A model generated the notes under the pieces. It ran no database searches. It saw nothing but the letters and a program-made list of their open reading frames with translations, and was not told where the DNA came from. The position numbers and the translations under genes were made by a program. From NCBI RefSeq assembly GCF_035594765.1, contig NC_085843.1, positions 264,159,971 to 264,223,970 on the forward strand: a stretch of DNA of 64,000 nt, written 5' to 3'. Positions 1 through 12,403 of the stretch are shown piece by piece (the first letter of the stretch is position 1; every line of letters begins with the position of its first letter). The DNA comes from Anolis carolinensis. Its lineage: Eukaryota.

Positions 1-434
1 GGTAGAAAAGTGATATCTTAACTGGTATACAACTCACCCTTCCTCCATGCATGCCCCGTATCCGATGTGCACAATTTATTCTGTATCAGGGACAGCTGGC
101 ATGGCTGCAGTACGATGGTTATAATAAATACAGGGACCAGAATCTGTGCTCAGTGTTCCACTCCATGGTGCCAGACTGCTTGCTGACTCCAGAGATTTTT
201 TTCCCTTTGGCATCTTGGAAGAATTAAAACAAAATAATTAGACAGATACTTATGGTTCTGGGAAAATAAAGCCTTGCTCCATGTCCAATGAGTAAGTGCA
301 ATGGACCATTGTGCACATGATAGAGAAACGACCTAGGTTTGCTGTTGTGTCTGTCTATACTTAAAATGGAATTGTAGCATCATTAAAATGGCAGTGTTTA
401 TCACAGTTACTTTGCTTGGTTGAAAGTCCCAGCA

Positions 435-520
435 TGTTGTTGTTGTTGTTGTGTGGCATCACTTCGTTTCTGATTTGCAGTGCATCCATCACTGGATTTT
501 TTTGGCAAGATTTCCTCCTA
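435..520 (-). mobile_element. 3' fragment of tRNA-derived SINE with (CAA)n tail
   Basis: (TTG)n run followed by TTGGCAAGATTTC; matches the tail of the fuller copies at 12078 and 14375. Confidence 0.55.
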
Positions 521-544
521 GATAAGGCTCTACTTTCTGCTTCA

Positions 545-830
545 AAGCCAAGTTCCTCAACAATCTCTCAGACAGTCATATACTGATTTATGCAAATCAT
601 AACATCCATCCTCAGTTGGTTTTCATCAGTGACTCCTATTGATGGACTTCCCCAATGTAATTTGTTTTCAACATTGGTTTCACCTTTAAAAAACTTTTCA
701 TCTATCTTTGCACATTGCTGTCATCAATTATTACCTCATGACACACATTTCTGGGCCTTTTTGGGTGTTCACAGCAGTATATTCTTCTTTGATCAAGAAT
801 TTGATGCAGTTATTCATATCCATGGTTATG
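545..830 (-). pseudogene. Highly decayed mariner-type transposase N-terminal (HTH) fragment
   Basis: Minus-strand translation across stops and frameshifts gives IKFLIKEE..IDDSNVQR*MK..KGETNVENK..GSPSIGVTDENQLRMDVMI..EIVEELG. This resembles the mariner pattern IEFL..VxRWxxxFKxGxxxxED..SGRPS..TDEN..EIAEELG. Confidence 0.6.
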
Positions 831-1238
831 CAACACCCAGAAATACATAAACTTTGTCACTCATGCAGTAAGAATTGCTATCTGGTGGTGTAATGGCAAC
901 ACTTTTAGATTAATAATTTCTGAGAAAATGGCATACACAGTTTAATATTAGTATTACTCCCATATGTCATAAACTCATTATATTCAGAAGAAGGAATGGT
1001 TTATCCTCAATCTCTGATAATGTTTCACTGAAACTTCTAGCATGTCCAGCCAGTTGGGAGTGATTATAGGTATAGCAGTCTTGAAACATCTGGAATAACA
1101 TTTCTACATTAAAATGCAGGTACAAGTAATGCATTGCCACAAGATGGACTGATAAACCCTGCTTTGACTGTTTTGGGTGGGAATCAGAAGAGGTTTATCA
1201 AAAGCTGACAAATGCATGGAATTGACAATATTTAGAGA

Positions 1239-1415
1239 TTTTATTTATTTACAGTATTTATATTCTGCTCTTCTCTCCCCAAAGGGGACTCAGGGCGGAT
1301 CACAATGTACACATACATGGCAAATATTCAATGCCATTAGACATACAGACAGAGACGGAGACAAAGAGACAGAGGCAATTTAACATTGTCCAGCTTCCAG
1401 GCTTCATGAAGGTAT
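1239..1415 (-). mobile_element. Short retroposon 3' end with L2-type stem-loop and (TAAA)n tail
   Basis: Reverse complement reads GATCCGCCCTGAGTCCCC..GGGGAGAGAAG..ATATAAATACTGTAAATAAATAA; same family as 17865-18373. Confidence 0.75.
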
Positions 1416-2443
1416 GAGGGACACTGAAATGGGGGCAGGTATCAAAGAGTAGAGCTATTTCTCTCCTTGGCTTTGTGGCCATCTGGACAGCTGTATTGGG
1501 TCTGTTTTAGCTTAATCTGTTGTTCACATGAACACCACTGCCACCACCTTTTCCCTGTGCTAGATGGGTTATCTCTGTGTCACTGCAATTGTTCTTCACC
1601 AGCCACAGAGTTCCCCACAAGTGCCTTGTTACCATGATCACATCTGCTATGTGTTTAAGGGTTTGTCTCATGTTTTCTTTCCTGTTGATTTTCAGCCAAG
1701 AAAATGAGTTTTATCATCAGGTAAACATCTAGTTGTCACTGGCTCTTTTTTGCAATGTCATTCTAGTTGTGTTTGCTGAAATACATAAATATCAAAGCAA
1801 TAAAATTGGAGGCAATTTTACTATGAGTGCCAAATCTATCATTTAGCCTCATGAGTAAAGCAAACATAAATGGTAAGAAATAGTCAACATCTATAATCCT
1901 ATTGTGCAATGTTCAATGGTGTATTTTGTTGGTGGTGTTCTCACTTGACAATGGCCTATTGAAAATTCTAGGTCAACATCACTTCCCATCTGCTTAGCAT
2001 TCCTTCTCCCCCCTTTTGATTTTATTACTTTTCTTTGGAAAAAGTTTGTCAAATTCATCTTTGGCATGTTACTAGACTGAAATATGTCACTGATGGGAAG
2101 CATGCCTAAGAAACATTTTATTCTACTATGCAGTTTACTGGATTTTTTGTAGGCTGAGAATTGCAGATCACTATCCTGCAAAGCAGAGTAGCCAATTATG
2201 GATTGCTAGAATGAGAAAATGCATAGAAATAGAAGCTGGAAATTGGCACAGATCTGCATAAATCTGATTATGTTAATTTATATGTATGTATGGATACCAA
2301 TTTATAAATGACTACTCCAAGTTAAATAGAATTACAGTACATTTCATCATAGTAACTGGGGTAACTTCAGTCTGCATTCTAACCATGTGATAATGCTTGA
2401 TGGACAACTGAAGGTCATTAGTTTCCTTTCTTGGAGTCCTTCA

Positions 2444-2469
2444 TTTTAAAACCACATGTGGTTTTAAAA
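2444..2469. repeat. Perfect 26-bp palindrome
   Basis: TTTTAAAACCACA|TGTGGTTTTAAAA. Confidence 0.95.
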
Positions 2470-2644
2470 CTGGCCCTTTAGTTGATCCTTCAGTTTGAAT
2501 CTATCTTCTGCATACATGACCACCCTGCTTCAAAGATAAGGAGAATCCAATACATCTCAGCTTCTTTGAAGCTATTTTGTGCTGTTTTACATTTTTAAAG
2601 TCTTGTATGGGTTATGCACCCATATAGATATTGCCATTAAATCT

Positions 2645-2770
2645 TTAAGATTGAGGAGATCCTCCTCTCTGTCCCAGATTCTTTTCAGGCCTGCTTGATG
2701 AAACAAGTAAGAGGATCTTGGTAGAAACTCTTAGATTTTAGAAATCCCTCCCTGGGAAGGCTGGGATGGC
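2645..2770 (+). mobile_element. Decayed L2 ORF2 C-terminal fragment
   Basis: GGAGATCCTCCTCTCTGTCCCA...AAATCCCTCCC parallels the L2 copy at 59370 (EALLSVP..LWNxLP). Confidence 0.45.
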
Positions 2771-3122
2771 ACAATCAAAGTAGTGCGAAAGAGTCCTCAA
2801 ATTCAAAGCAGATTCACTGTCTCATTGAGGGAGGCAACCAGTAGTTACTGAGCTTAGCTTTGTTTCTTATTTTGTCCTTCTCTCTTGTCTACTCTCATAG
2901 ATCTCTACACTATAGACTTCATTTTTGTGACCATTGGCCAAGCTGATTAGAGCTGATGGGAATTGGAATCTAAAATGAACTTAAGACCAAGCGGAATTGA
3001 GGGTTGGAGTAAAAATAAAAAGGCTCCAGACTAAGACAGCTGCCTTGGATGTTTTTTAAACAGAATTTAAAATGTTTTTTTTTTTAATCAGGAAGGGGAA
3101 GCACCCAAACTTGCACCCAACC

Positions 3123-3297
3123 AAGCCTGCATGTACTCCCATATGTTTGCAGCTTATGGATTGCTAGAATGAGAAAGTGCATAGAAATAGAAGCTGGAAA
3201 TTGGCACAGAACTGCATATATTTGATTATGTTAATTTATATGTATGGATACATTCTAGAATTCGAAGCCTGCATGTACTCCCATATATTTGCAGCTT
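3123..3297 (+). repeat. ~98-bp copy of 2196-2297 flanked by a 33-bp direct duplication
   Basis: 3154-3251 matches 2196-2297; 3123-3155 and 3265-3297 differ at 1 position. Confidence 0.95.
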
Positions 3298-3810
3298 CAA
3301 GTTGAACTCCCCTACTGTAGTCTCATAAACTGAGATATTAATATTTATTGTGTAACAGATACAGAAATCATCTACTTGAGTTAATGGACTGAAGATGTTC
3401 GTGTCTTAGTTGTGGTTGCTATTGATTTGGTCAAGTTCATTGACAGCTTGTTTTACTGACAGCATTAAGAATTTAGTTAGGAAAATTGGAAAAAGGCAGG
3501 AACATTAAACTTTGTAACAAATTGCAGGGTAATTTAAGTGTCACCTTCTTCTCACACAAATAGGCAGTTGATGAAGCTTAAGATATTTTTGAAACTCTCC
3601 TTAATTTAAGGTTGCCATTTTGACAAATGTATACCTGATCTAGTGCTTTATGATATCCTTGTCTGACTTGAGCCCAAATTTGTGCTGTCTTTTTTCTACT
3701 GTGTACATTAGTAGGAGTTTCTCAACATATCAAAAGTATTATTTCTTTCCCAATGAAGACCAGTTTCTTCTTGGTGCCTCATTCTAGCATAAATGTATTT
3801 CCTTAGATGT

Positions 3811-4619
3811 TGTTGTGGTTCAGCCAGATGAAGATGAGGGGATTGGGGTTTCAGAGCCTGGGAGAGTGATAGATGGTTCTTTAGATGAGGAAAAGGAGGG
3901 GATTTCAGAGAACAATTTTGTCTGTGAGACAGAGTTTGAAAGTGGAACTGTTTTGGAGTCCAGCAGACAGGGAAAGGACCTTTTACCCACAAGGAGCTTA
4001 GCATCCACTGATAACGACCTGACAGACCAAGATAGCTTGTCCAAGGGAACAGCTGGGTTAGACAGGGATACCAGGCTGCTTCAGAGGGGGAAAAACATCA
4101 GATGCAGGAAATCCAAACGAATCTGTGAGAAATTTGCATAGAGACAGGGACCTCAAGGTCAAAGAAATGCTTTCATATTTTGCAGCCCTTAAATCAGAGA
4201 GCGTCTCATTGAGATTTTAGATCAGGCAATGCTGCTGAATAGTAAGGATGCCTAGTTCATGTTTTACTTCCTGGGAGTTTTGTTTCATGTTTTAAGAAAT
4301 AGCCTTGATTTTTCTGGATTCATGTTCATGTTTTGATTCTTGTTTTCCTTGGATTATGCTCATGTTATGATTCTTGTTTTTCTGTACCATTTTGATTATT
4401 TGGGTTATTGCCTTTGAAGTATTTTCACCCCTCACCATCTTGTTTGGAGTTTTACATATTGACTACCTTTTCTGATTACCTGTTGAATTTTGCCTTCCTT
4501 ATTTCTTTTGGTGATTTCCCCCTTTTTATATGTACTTTCTTCAATAAACTGTTTCACTATTACTTTTAGATTCCTGGTTGGCGCTAAGGGCAAGGTGAAC
4601 TCTGCCTGAGGGTGCAATA
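3811..4619 (+). mobile_element. Solo LTR, Gypsy-like
   Basis: Termini TGTTG...CAATA; perfect 5-bp TSD GATGT (3806-3810 and 4620-4624); AATAAA about 75 nt from the 3' end. Confidence 0.85.
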
Positions 4620-5084
4620 GATGTGACACAATGGTGCATCCGATTTGGACTTACATGAACTGCATGATACCATTACACAAGTTTTAGGAACATTGCCTCA
4701 GAAGTTTAGTACATGTGCTCCTGTATGGTGGGTGGGAAAATTGCAGAAACTCTTGTGAAAAACATAAATGCATGGACATACTCTTTGTTGTCCAATTGAT
4801 AGCAAAAGATCCCAATCCAATATTTCAGCAGAGCTAACCATGCATCCTATTTTAGGCAACAAAATAAGAGCTTGGCCACCTTACATCCAATGCTGTGGTG
4901 GTAAGTTTCAAATTACTGATGCTTCCCTTTACAGTCTCCAAAGCCATGATAGATACGAGGATCCAAAAATGAAGAGTCTTAACACTAAAATAAATCTGTA
5001 ATTTCCATCTCCACCAGAAAAATTTGTTTTGTAAAATTAAATGGTATTAATTATCCATTCAAAATCAAATAACCTCCCAATTTT

Positions 5085-5222
5085 TCTTGTCATGCAGTTT
5101 CAAGTGATTTCCAAGTTAGTCATCGAAGGTCACCCAGTGTGTTTCCATGGCAAAGCAGGGATTTCAACCCTAGTCTCCCAGTATCCTAGTCCAACACTCA
5201 AACTTTGACACCTTGTTGCCTC
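5085..5222 (-). mobile_element. tRNA-derived SINE, internally deleted
   Basis: AAGGTCACCCAGTG..TTTCCATGGC..GGGATTTCAACCCT..TAGTCCAACACTCAAAC, the reversed B-box and A-box head. Confidence 0.7.
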
Positions 5223-5343
5223 CCTACCCTTTCAGTATTTAAAGTTTCATCAGAAGAATGGGCAAAAGATAGACTGTGGATTTTTGGGCATACTGCCAAC
5301 TAACTAATGGCAACATGCCTATAAGAAAAGTAAAGTAAAGTAA

Positions 5344-5507
5344 AGACTTTCTGTATATATTTCTGGTTTCAATATTAATGTCAAAAATATGTGGTATGAT
5401 TTTACATAGGATCTGTGCTATATTAGAACGGTAGAGACAAATATCACTTAAGTAAATGAAACATTAAATATTAAAGAACCAAAATAATAAAATAAGGTGT
5501 ATACACA
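5344..5507 (+). repeat. Dispersed ~165-bp duplicate, copy 1 (copy 2 at 54667-54838)
   Basis: Near-identical AT-rich sequence AGACTTTCTGTATATATTTC...AATAAG(G/A)TGTA(T/A)ACACA. Confidence 0.95.
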
Positions 5508-6791
5508 AAACTCATCTGGGAATCTGCTATTGCAAGTTTCCCAGGTTATGAGATGTTGACTCCTAATTGTTTCACAGTAACAACAAGAAGATAAATTAGG
5601 CTAGTAAAATTGAAAATGTATTGAGATAAAAGGATTGGATTTTCCCCTGAAAGGACCATGAAATTTAGTTCTGAAACTAAAAACAAATTCAGACACTCAT
5701 AATATGCCCAGAGATGCTCCTTTCTTAAAGGTTAGGTGTATAATTTTTCTATCCAGCTCTGGTAGGTGGGATCTTGGGGTTTTAGTAAAAGAAAGATAAA
5801 CCCAACAAGCCTAAAGCATACTTTCATTCTATTCAAATCTCTCTTTGCAATAGAGTACAACATTCAGCCACGCAATCCTTCAGTTTGGTCCAAACAGCTT
5901 TTATTATTTATTTAATTTAGATACCACTCTTCTCCCCCTTCAATCTATAGTACAAAACAAAACATTGCTGTATATAACAATTTCTTGTCCATTTTATCAG
6001 ATTAAATAAGAGATAACTAGAAGTGCATATAAGATATCCTTTGTCTGTTTACTTTAGGAGTATGAGTTTTTAAGTTATGAACAAAAACGTGGAAAGAAAC
6101 TATTGTGTTGAAATTAAACACATGCATCTTATATGTGAATATAATTCATCATTTCCTTTTTTGTTTCTTTTTTGCCTACAGAAACTGTAAAAAAAAGAGA
6201 ATGGAGTGAATTCCCTTGTTTACTCTGTGTACTTTTAACTTATGGCAGAGTTTTGTTATTGAACAATAACATTGCGGGTGCTTTCAAATAATAATATTCT
6301 ATGTTACATGGGTTATTGCCAGCCAGTCTGCAAAACGATTTATTGACTGATTGATTTTAATGTTTACAGTGTTTCATTCCCATTTCATAACAATAGAGTG
6401 CTTAAATTATACCTTCCAATTCTCAAAGCAGATTGGTTTTGGGATAAATTAATTTTCTATATTGGTTGCTACGAGAAAATAGCAGGTTAGATTTTTAATT
6501 TTTATTCATGCCTTTGTTTAGAAATACAAATCTGATTTAAGAATTATAAAAGATGGGATGGATGAGATGTTTGGATTTTTGCTAAAGCAAACCTAGAATA
6601 CTTCAGATTTCATGGGTCTTTCCATAGAAAACAAATATTTGATTAGGTTTATTCTGGTTATATTGAGCATATGAAGCTTCAACTGGCCTCTCTATAAGTC
6701 CCCTAACCAACATACCTTTGGACTTGGCAGTTGTGGGATTCTCGAGATTCAAGCCCTCAAAAATACCTTGATCCAACTACATATTTCACTA

Positions 6792-6990
6792 CAATCACCC
6801 TCTGTATCCACAGATTCTGCATCCATGCAGTCAACCATCCCCAGATTGAATTTTTTTAATCCAAAAAGAAAGCCTTGATTTTGCCATTTTACTACACCAC
6901 TGCATGTAATGGAACTTGACCATCTACAAATATTGGTATCCAAGGGGGTGTCCAAGCACCAAACTCTAGTGGATACCAAGGACCCATTCT
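6792..6990. mobile_element. Tigger/pogo-like (Tc1/mariner) MITE, old
   Basis: TA|CAATCACCCTCTGTATCC...GGATACCAAGGAC decayed TIRs; related copy at 21583. Confidence 0.65.
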
Positions 6991-8066
6991 ACACCCATGG
7001 CATGCTTTTATTCCACCCAAACCATAGAAAACAATGGTTATCAAGGAGTATATTGATGCATCTGTCTGCTTCAAGCAATCCTTTCCAGGTTCTTTCTTGT
7101 ACCAGGTTCAGATTGATGCCATCCAGCAAAGTTGCCTGTTGCTAACATTTCTTAGCAGATCGGTTTGGCTTTCAGATACACTCTGCTCTATGTGTCAAAC
7201 TTTCTCTTGATCTTTATGTTACCACTGGATACTCTGAAACATCAGGGAGAAAGAGGTCCTCTTACTGTCAGGGTCACTGAGGAGGCCAACAGATGGAAAG
7301 TGTAACTGTCACACTAAACACAATGACTGAAAAATATGAGCCTCCCATGGGACCAAGGGCTGCCCTGCCTAATGCTGTTGAATCCAAGCATACAAAAAAT
7401 ATAATGGCTGCAAGTAGGGTGCTTCCTTTGAAGTCTGCCTTCCTAGTTTTATTTTCTGATAAATGAAGTCTCTTTTTAAGAAACATGTTTTTTCATTTTA
7501 TGCAATATATGGGTTATTTCTTTTCTAGAGTTTGAAATTTAATAGGCTTATTCTTTGTTTGAAAAAGAGATATCTGGAGGGCAAAAGAAGTTTGAGAATG
7601 GGGTGAGTTACTTAGGATTTACTGAAAGTCTTAAACAGACTCCAGAGGATCACCTGTCAGTTGGACTCTATGCCAACTGTAGGGAAATATGACCCTTGGA
7701 CTACATGGGGATAGTAGCCACTTTTTTTGAGTCATGCCAGGTCTACCTAATGCCTCTAGAAATATTAACACATCTATCCAATTGAACACGATGCGGTGAA
7801 GAGATCAGGTAGAAGAGATTTATCTGGTCAAATCTTTCTGCTGGGTAGGCAACCACGCTCTGAGACATAGTTCAGGGTATTTTATAGTCAAAGGTTTTAA
7901 GCATGCACTCACAAACTATTTTGTTCACACTTCACTTGCCCCTTTGTTCTCTTTGGAGCCCCCTAATCAGCAATTTGCAACACCAATAGACAACAACAAT
8001 GTCCCTTCTTCCTGGCTTGCAGGTGATCAAGTCCCCTCCTTTGAACTCTCCTCTTTTCAACTAAGT

Positions 8067-8200
8067 CAGTGGTTCTCAACCTGTGGGTCCCAGGTGTTTT
8101 GGCCTACAAATCCCAGGAATCCCAGCCAGTTTACCAGCTGTTAGGATTTCTGGGAGTTGAAAGCCAAAACACCCAGGAACCCACAGGTCGAGAACCACTG
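8067..8200. mobile_element. hAT MITE with SPIN-like TIR CAGTGGTTCTCAACCT
   Basis: TIRs CAGTGGTTCTC/GAGAACCACTG; 8-bp TSD AACTAAGT/ATCTAAGT; fold-back interior. Confidence 0.92.
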
Positions 8201-10363
8201 ATCTAAGTCCTTTTCCTGTTGCTTTGACTATCTCCCTCTCAGGCCTCTCTTTCTGTCTAAACCTTTTGCTGGCTTAGTAATTTTCCATTTTTCTTTGTTT
8301 CCCTTTACCCTTTCTTCATTTCTCTTTGCCCCAGTCCCTTCAAAATCACCTGAAAAATGCCCCTAAATCACACTACAAGCAGTACCATGTCTTACAACAC
8401 CCAAACCTGAAGACATCCAGTCCCAGATCTTCTCATTATTTATCTCTCAGAAAGTCCCCCTCCAGACATACAGTGGGTAAGAGAAGTGGGCAGTGGGCAA
8501 CAGAAGTGATTGCCAATCAATTTTGAGTTGCAAGTTCTGCTGAATTTTATGTAGAAATATGGAAGTATGGCCTGCTGGAGACATTGTGTCTAATCCTGTT
8601 TGTAGTAGGCCATCTCTGCTTTATAGTAGTTATTTCAGGTATAAAGCAGGGGAATAGACTAGGGGACTTTATTGCATGAACTGCTATCCCACGACACTAA
8701 CATGATCTCTGATAGCACCAACATATTGGTATGAGCACCCTCATTTATTATATGTTTGCATTTGTGCAGCTGTGCTGATTTACCAATCCATGGCCCTGCA
8801 CTTGTAGTTCTGCATAACCTCATAATCTTGCCCTCCTGCACTTTTGCTGCTCCGTAAATAGGTTTTTAAAGCCATTCTGTAAGTTCAGATATGTTTAATA
8901 AAGTAAAATTCAAATTCAAAAATTTACAGCCTCAGGAGTAGCAAGAGGGAAAAATGGGAGAGTATAAGACACCTGCCCCCTGATGCTATTTCAGTGCCGG
9001 CATAGAAGTGGAACAGCTGCATTGAACCAGGTAAGCGATCGAAACATAGCACAATCTGAGGCTATTGATGGGGTTTCCCATCAATAGTGGTTGATAGGTT
9101 TATCAGGAGGAGGGAGCTAATTAGCAATGAGATGCCTATAGCATTGTGGGATTTGGACCATCACCGAAGTCCTGCTTCAATGCCAGTTTGCTTCCTTCAT
9201 GTGATAAAATTATAGGAGACATACAAGATATCTTACAGCTGTGTGATTCTGTGATTTTAATACTCTTCTCCATCAATGATTATAAAGCACAAGAACAAGG
9301 TGGCATATGTTCCATCTTTCTGAGCTGCCTAGCAAATGCATGCACTTTTGAAGTGCTGATTTCCTGAATGGTCAGGAATACCAAATTTCAATGACATTTG
9401 GGAAATTGTTGAATGGCTGCTCCATCCCTAATACAAATTTGAAATTGACTGTTCGATAAATCATGAAAACGTAGTGTTGGAACTGTACCTTATAAAATTT
9501 CCTTTCCTCCAGCTGGAGGATGATAGCAGCTGTAGTCCGAAAAAGAAACATTTACACGCTCTGAGTGAATTTTTTTTCTAAAGTGCCGAAGCTCCAACAG
9601 GCTGCAGCTAGCACTTTAATAGCTGCTGTGTTTTGCACCAGTTAAAGTTTCCACAAAGGCAGTCCTGTATAGACCACATTACTGTAGTATAATAGGATAT
9701 CATCAAGACATGTATAAACAAATTAATGATTAGTTTCTCTCTGTTGACTTTCCCCTCTCTCCTTCTAAATGCTAGTGTGTCAGAATAAAAAGCACATTAA
9801 AAAGACTTCAGTGTCAAAGTGAGAAATGAGAATTTATCATTTCCACTGTGTGGGTTTTATCTGTTTCATTTTTTATCTATACTTTGATAGAAGAGCAATT
9901 TTATATCCTCTGATGCATTCTTTCTGTGACTGCCGATTCTGGGCAATTATAAGGACACATTGAATAAAACAAACAAGTTGGCCGAGGATTTTAAAAAAAT
10001 ATCTCTTCATTTTAGAAGGCAGCATTCAATGGTTATGCATTGCTAAAGTCTTCGACCAGCGTTTCAGTGTCACATACCAGCTCTCCATGACAAGCTTCAT
10101 AAGAAATAAGTTTTGCATATAGAAGAAATAAATGCAGGAATCCATGGCCCCTGCTGGCTGCAGTGAACTGTGTAGGCCTCTGTGGTTCTACAACAGTATG
10201 TTTTATGCAGAAAGTAAAGCTCTTGGGAAAAACAGAAGAAAATCTATCCACAAAGGCATTTTCAAGAAAGGAGACAGAATATACAGTCAAGTAGAGAGGC
10301 AACGGGTAACTAATGCTCTCCTCAGGGATCTGCCATTATGTTGAGTGGCAGGATCTATTGTGT

Positions 10364-10470
10364 TGTCAGAATAGCGGATCACTGGAGATAACCGCGGTAG
10401 TAAACAACAAACTCTTTATTAATTACAAAACTCCCTGGAAGGATTCAAGAACTAAACCTAATGTCATGCA
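10364..10470 (-). mobile_element. Possible LTR R-U5 end fragment
   Basis: Reverse complement reads AATAAAGAGTTTGTTG...CCGCTATTCTGACA; retains CpGs; no partner end found. Confidence 0.35.
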
Positions 10471-11102
10471 AATAACAAAACATATTTCTGAGATACTCGT
10501 TCACAGAAATGTCTTTGGGCTACCGCTGACTCCATGGCATTGGGGGGGGGGGGGGTGCAACAATCTCCTTCATGAAAGCTGCCTGTATGTTTAATTATTT
10601 GTGTATGTTCCAGGAATTCAATGGATTTTTTTTTCTAGCTGAGGTTATCAATTGGATTTAGATCATGGGAGTAAACAGAACTCAGTTACGCTAGAGTGCC
10701 ATTAAGTAATATGGATGAAAAGGGGAGAAAATTTACAACCAAATCCTGCATGTGTTAATTCAGAGGTGATGCAGAAGCATTGAATTTTAACACCTTCTGC
10801 AGATGATGACAAACCTAAGGAACTACAAAGTGAAAACATCTCTTTACTCGTTACAAGGAAGATAGAGAGGGCACATACCTAGTTTACACATAGGCTGAGT
10901 CCAGAATAAGTTGAACATTGGTAAATGCTGGTCACAGTTCACAGTCCTATTTAGTGGTTCCTTTTTAATGACATTTGGCTCAAAATGAGTACATTGGAAC
11001 TTTTATTTTTGGGACTACAACTAGCCATACTGGCTGTGAGGTTCTCGGAAGCATAATGTAAAAACAAAAAACAAAAACAAATCTTGCCCATGTTTTATAC
11101 TA

Positions 11103-11500
11103 CAGGCAGTCTCCAAGTTACAAACATCTGACTTACAACTTGCAGTTACAAACAGGGGTGAGAAAACAGGAAGTGAGATAAATTCCCCCTAGGAAGGGAA
11201 ATTCATTCCTGAAAGAGTTATCATGGGGAAATGATGCCTCAATTGAAGCCTTGTCATCAATCCTTGTTTCCACAACAAGCCATTTTTTTCAAAATCTAAT
11301 TATCTCAGGGACAGGAAGTGAGGTGAAATATTCTAAACAGGGGCACAGACAGCAAAACAAACACCACAGGAGTGTTAGTCTTGCCCTATGCGATCCAAGG
11401 GTGTGTGTGTGTATGGAAATGGACACTTCAAAGTCAATGTTTCACAATGGACAATGTTTAGGGCTTAGAAGAGTTTTCCATTTGTAACTCTATCCAGCAT
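11103..11500. mobile_element. Tc1/mariner (Tigger-like) non-autonomous element, right end decayed
   Basis: TA|CAGGCAGTCTCCAAGTTACAAACATCTGACTTAC terminus. Confidence 0.7.
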
Positions 11501-11507
11501 AGCCTTC

Positions 11508-11770
11508 TTATTGTTGAGTGCCTTCACATGTGTTACTATTTGTCATGATCCTAAGATGAATCTATCATGGGATTTCATTGGCAAGATTAGTTGTGTGCAT
11601 GTGTGTGTGTGTGTGGGGGGGGGGGTGCCTTTGCTTTCCTCTAAGTCTCTGAGGCTGAGGTTATGTGATTTGCCTAAGGTCACCTAATAGATTTCCATGG
11701 CTGATCAGCATTAAAACTTTGGTTTCCAGAGTTGTAATCCAACACTGAAACCACTGCGTCACACTAACAA
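11508..11770 (-). mobile_element. tRNA-derived SINE with internal (GT)n/poly-G expansion
   Basis: TGCCTTC tail, GGCAAGATT, CTGAGGCTGAG..AAGGTCACC..TCCAACACTGAAACCACT. Confidence 0.7.
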
Positions 11771-12077
11771 CCTCATCAGATAAGTCTTTGGCAGTGTCGT
11801 AGAATGTTTTCACCTTAGCCATGGAACCCCACGCTGCCCATCAGATGATGCAGACTTACTTCTGGTGGGGCTCCGTAGCTCAAGTATCTTGCAAGGCTGT
11901 GCTCAGAACATGGGAGGCTTCCTGTGTTCCATTTAAAACAATGAGGTCAACAGGGTGAAGCCGTGATTATGGCAATAGTGCCATAACTGTTATTGCATAG
12001 AGACCATGGATACAGAGTGGTTTCAGATGCGTAACTCTAGATTATACACCTGCAAATCCAATTTACACCACTCTGGC

Positions 12078-12295
12078 AGAACTAGTGTGGCCTAGAGCTT
12101 TGCATTTTGGATTATGACTCTGGAGCCTAGGGTCCTGTGTTTAACTATAAAAATCTACTAAGTGACTTTGGGCAAGTCACACTCTCTAAGCCTCAGAGAA
12201 AGGCAAAAGTAAATCCCCTCTGAAAAAAACATCTATGATCGATTTGCCTTAGGGCTGCCATAATCAAAAGTGCCTTGAAAGCACACAACAACAAC
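12078..12295 (+). mobile_element. tRNA-derived SINE, near full length, with RTE-like (CAA)n tail
   Basis: tRNA-like head, GTGACTTTGGGCAAGTCACACTCTCT body, TTGAAAGCACACAACAACAAC tail. Confidence 0.75.
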
Positions 12296-12361
12296 TGATG
12301 CAGATAGTGATTGTGAGCCTAGATTTATTTAATTGATGTCCCTCCCTGCCACCAAAGAATG

Positions 12362-12403
12362 GTGTTTGTGTGTGTGTGTGTGTGTGTGGGGGGGGGGGGG
12401 GGG
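12362..12403. repeat. (GT)n microsatellite followed by poly-G
   Basis: Directly visible. Confidence 0.95.

Noticed and set aside
1696-1720. 25-nt micro-exon (TTTTCAG|...CAG|GTAAAC)
   Set aside because: Not frame-preserving, moderate donor, and such matches are expected by chance in 64 kb.
12388-12403. Poly-G as a functional G-quadruplex
   Set aside because: Simple homopolymer next to a microsatellite, with no further support.
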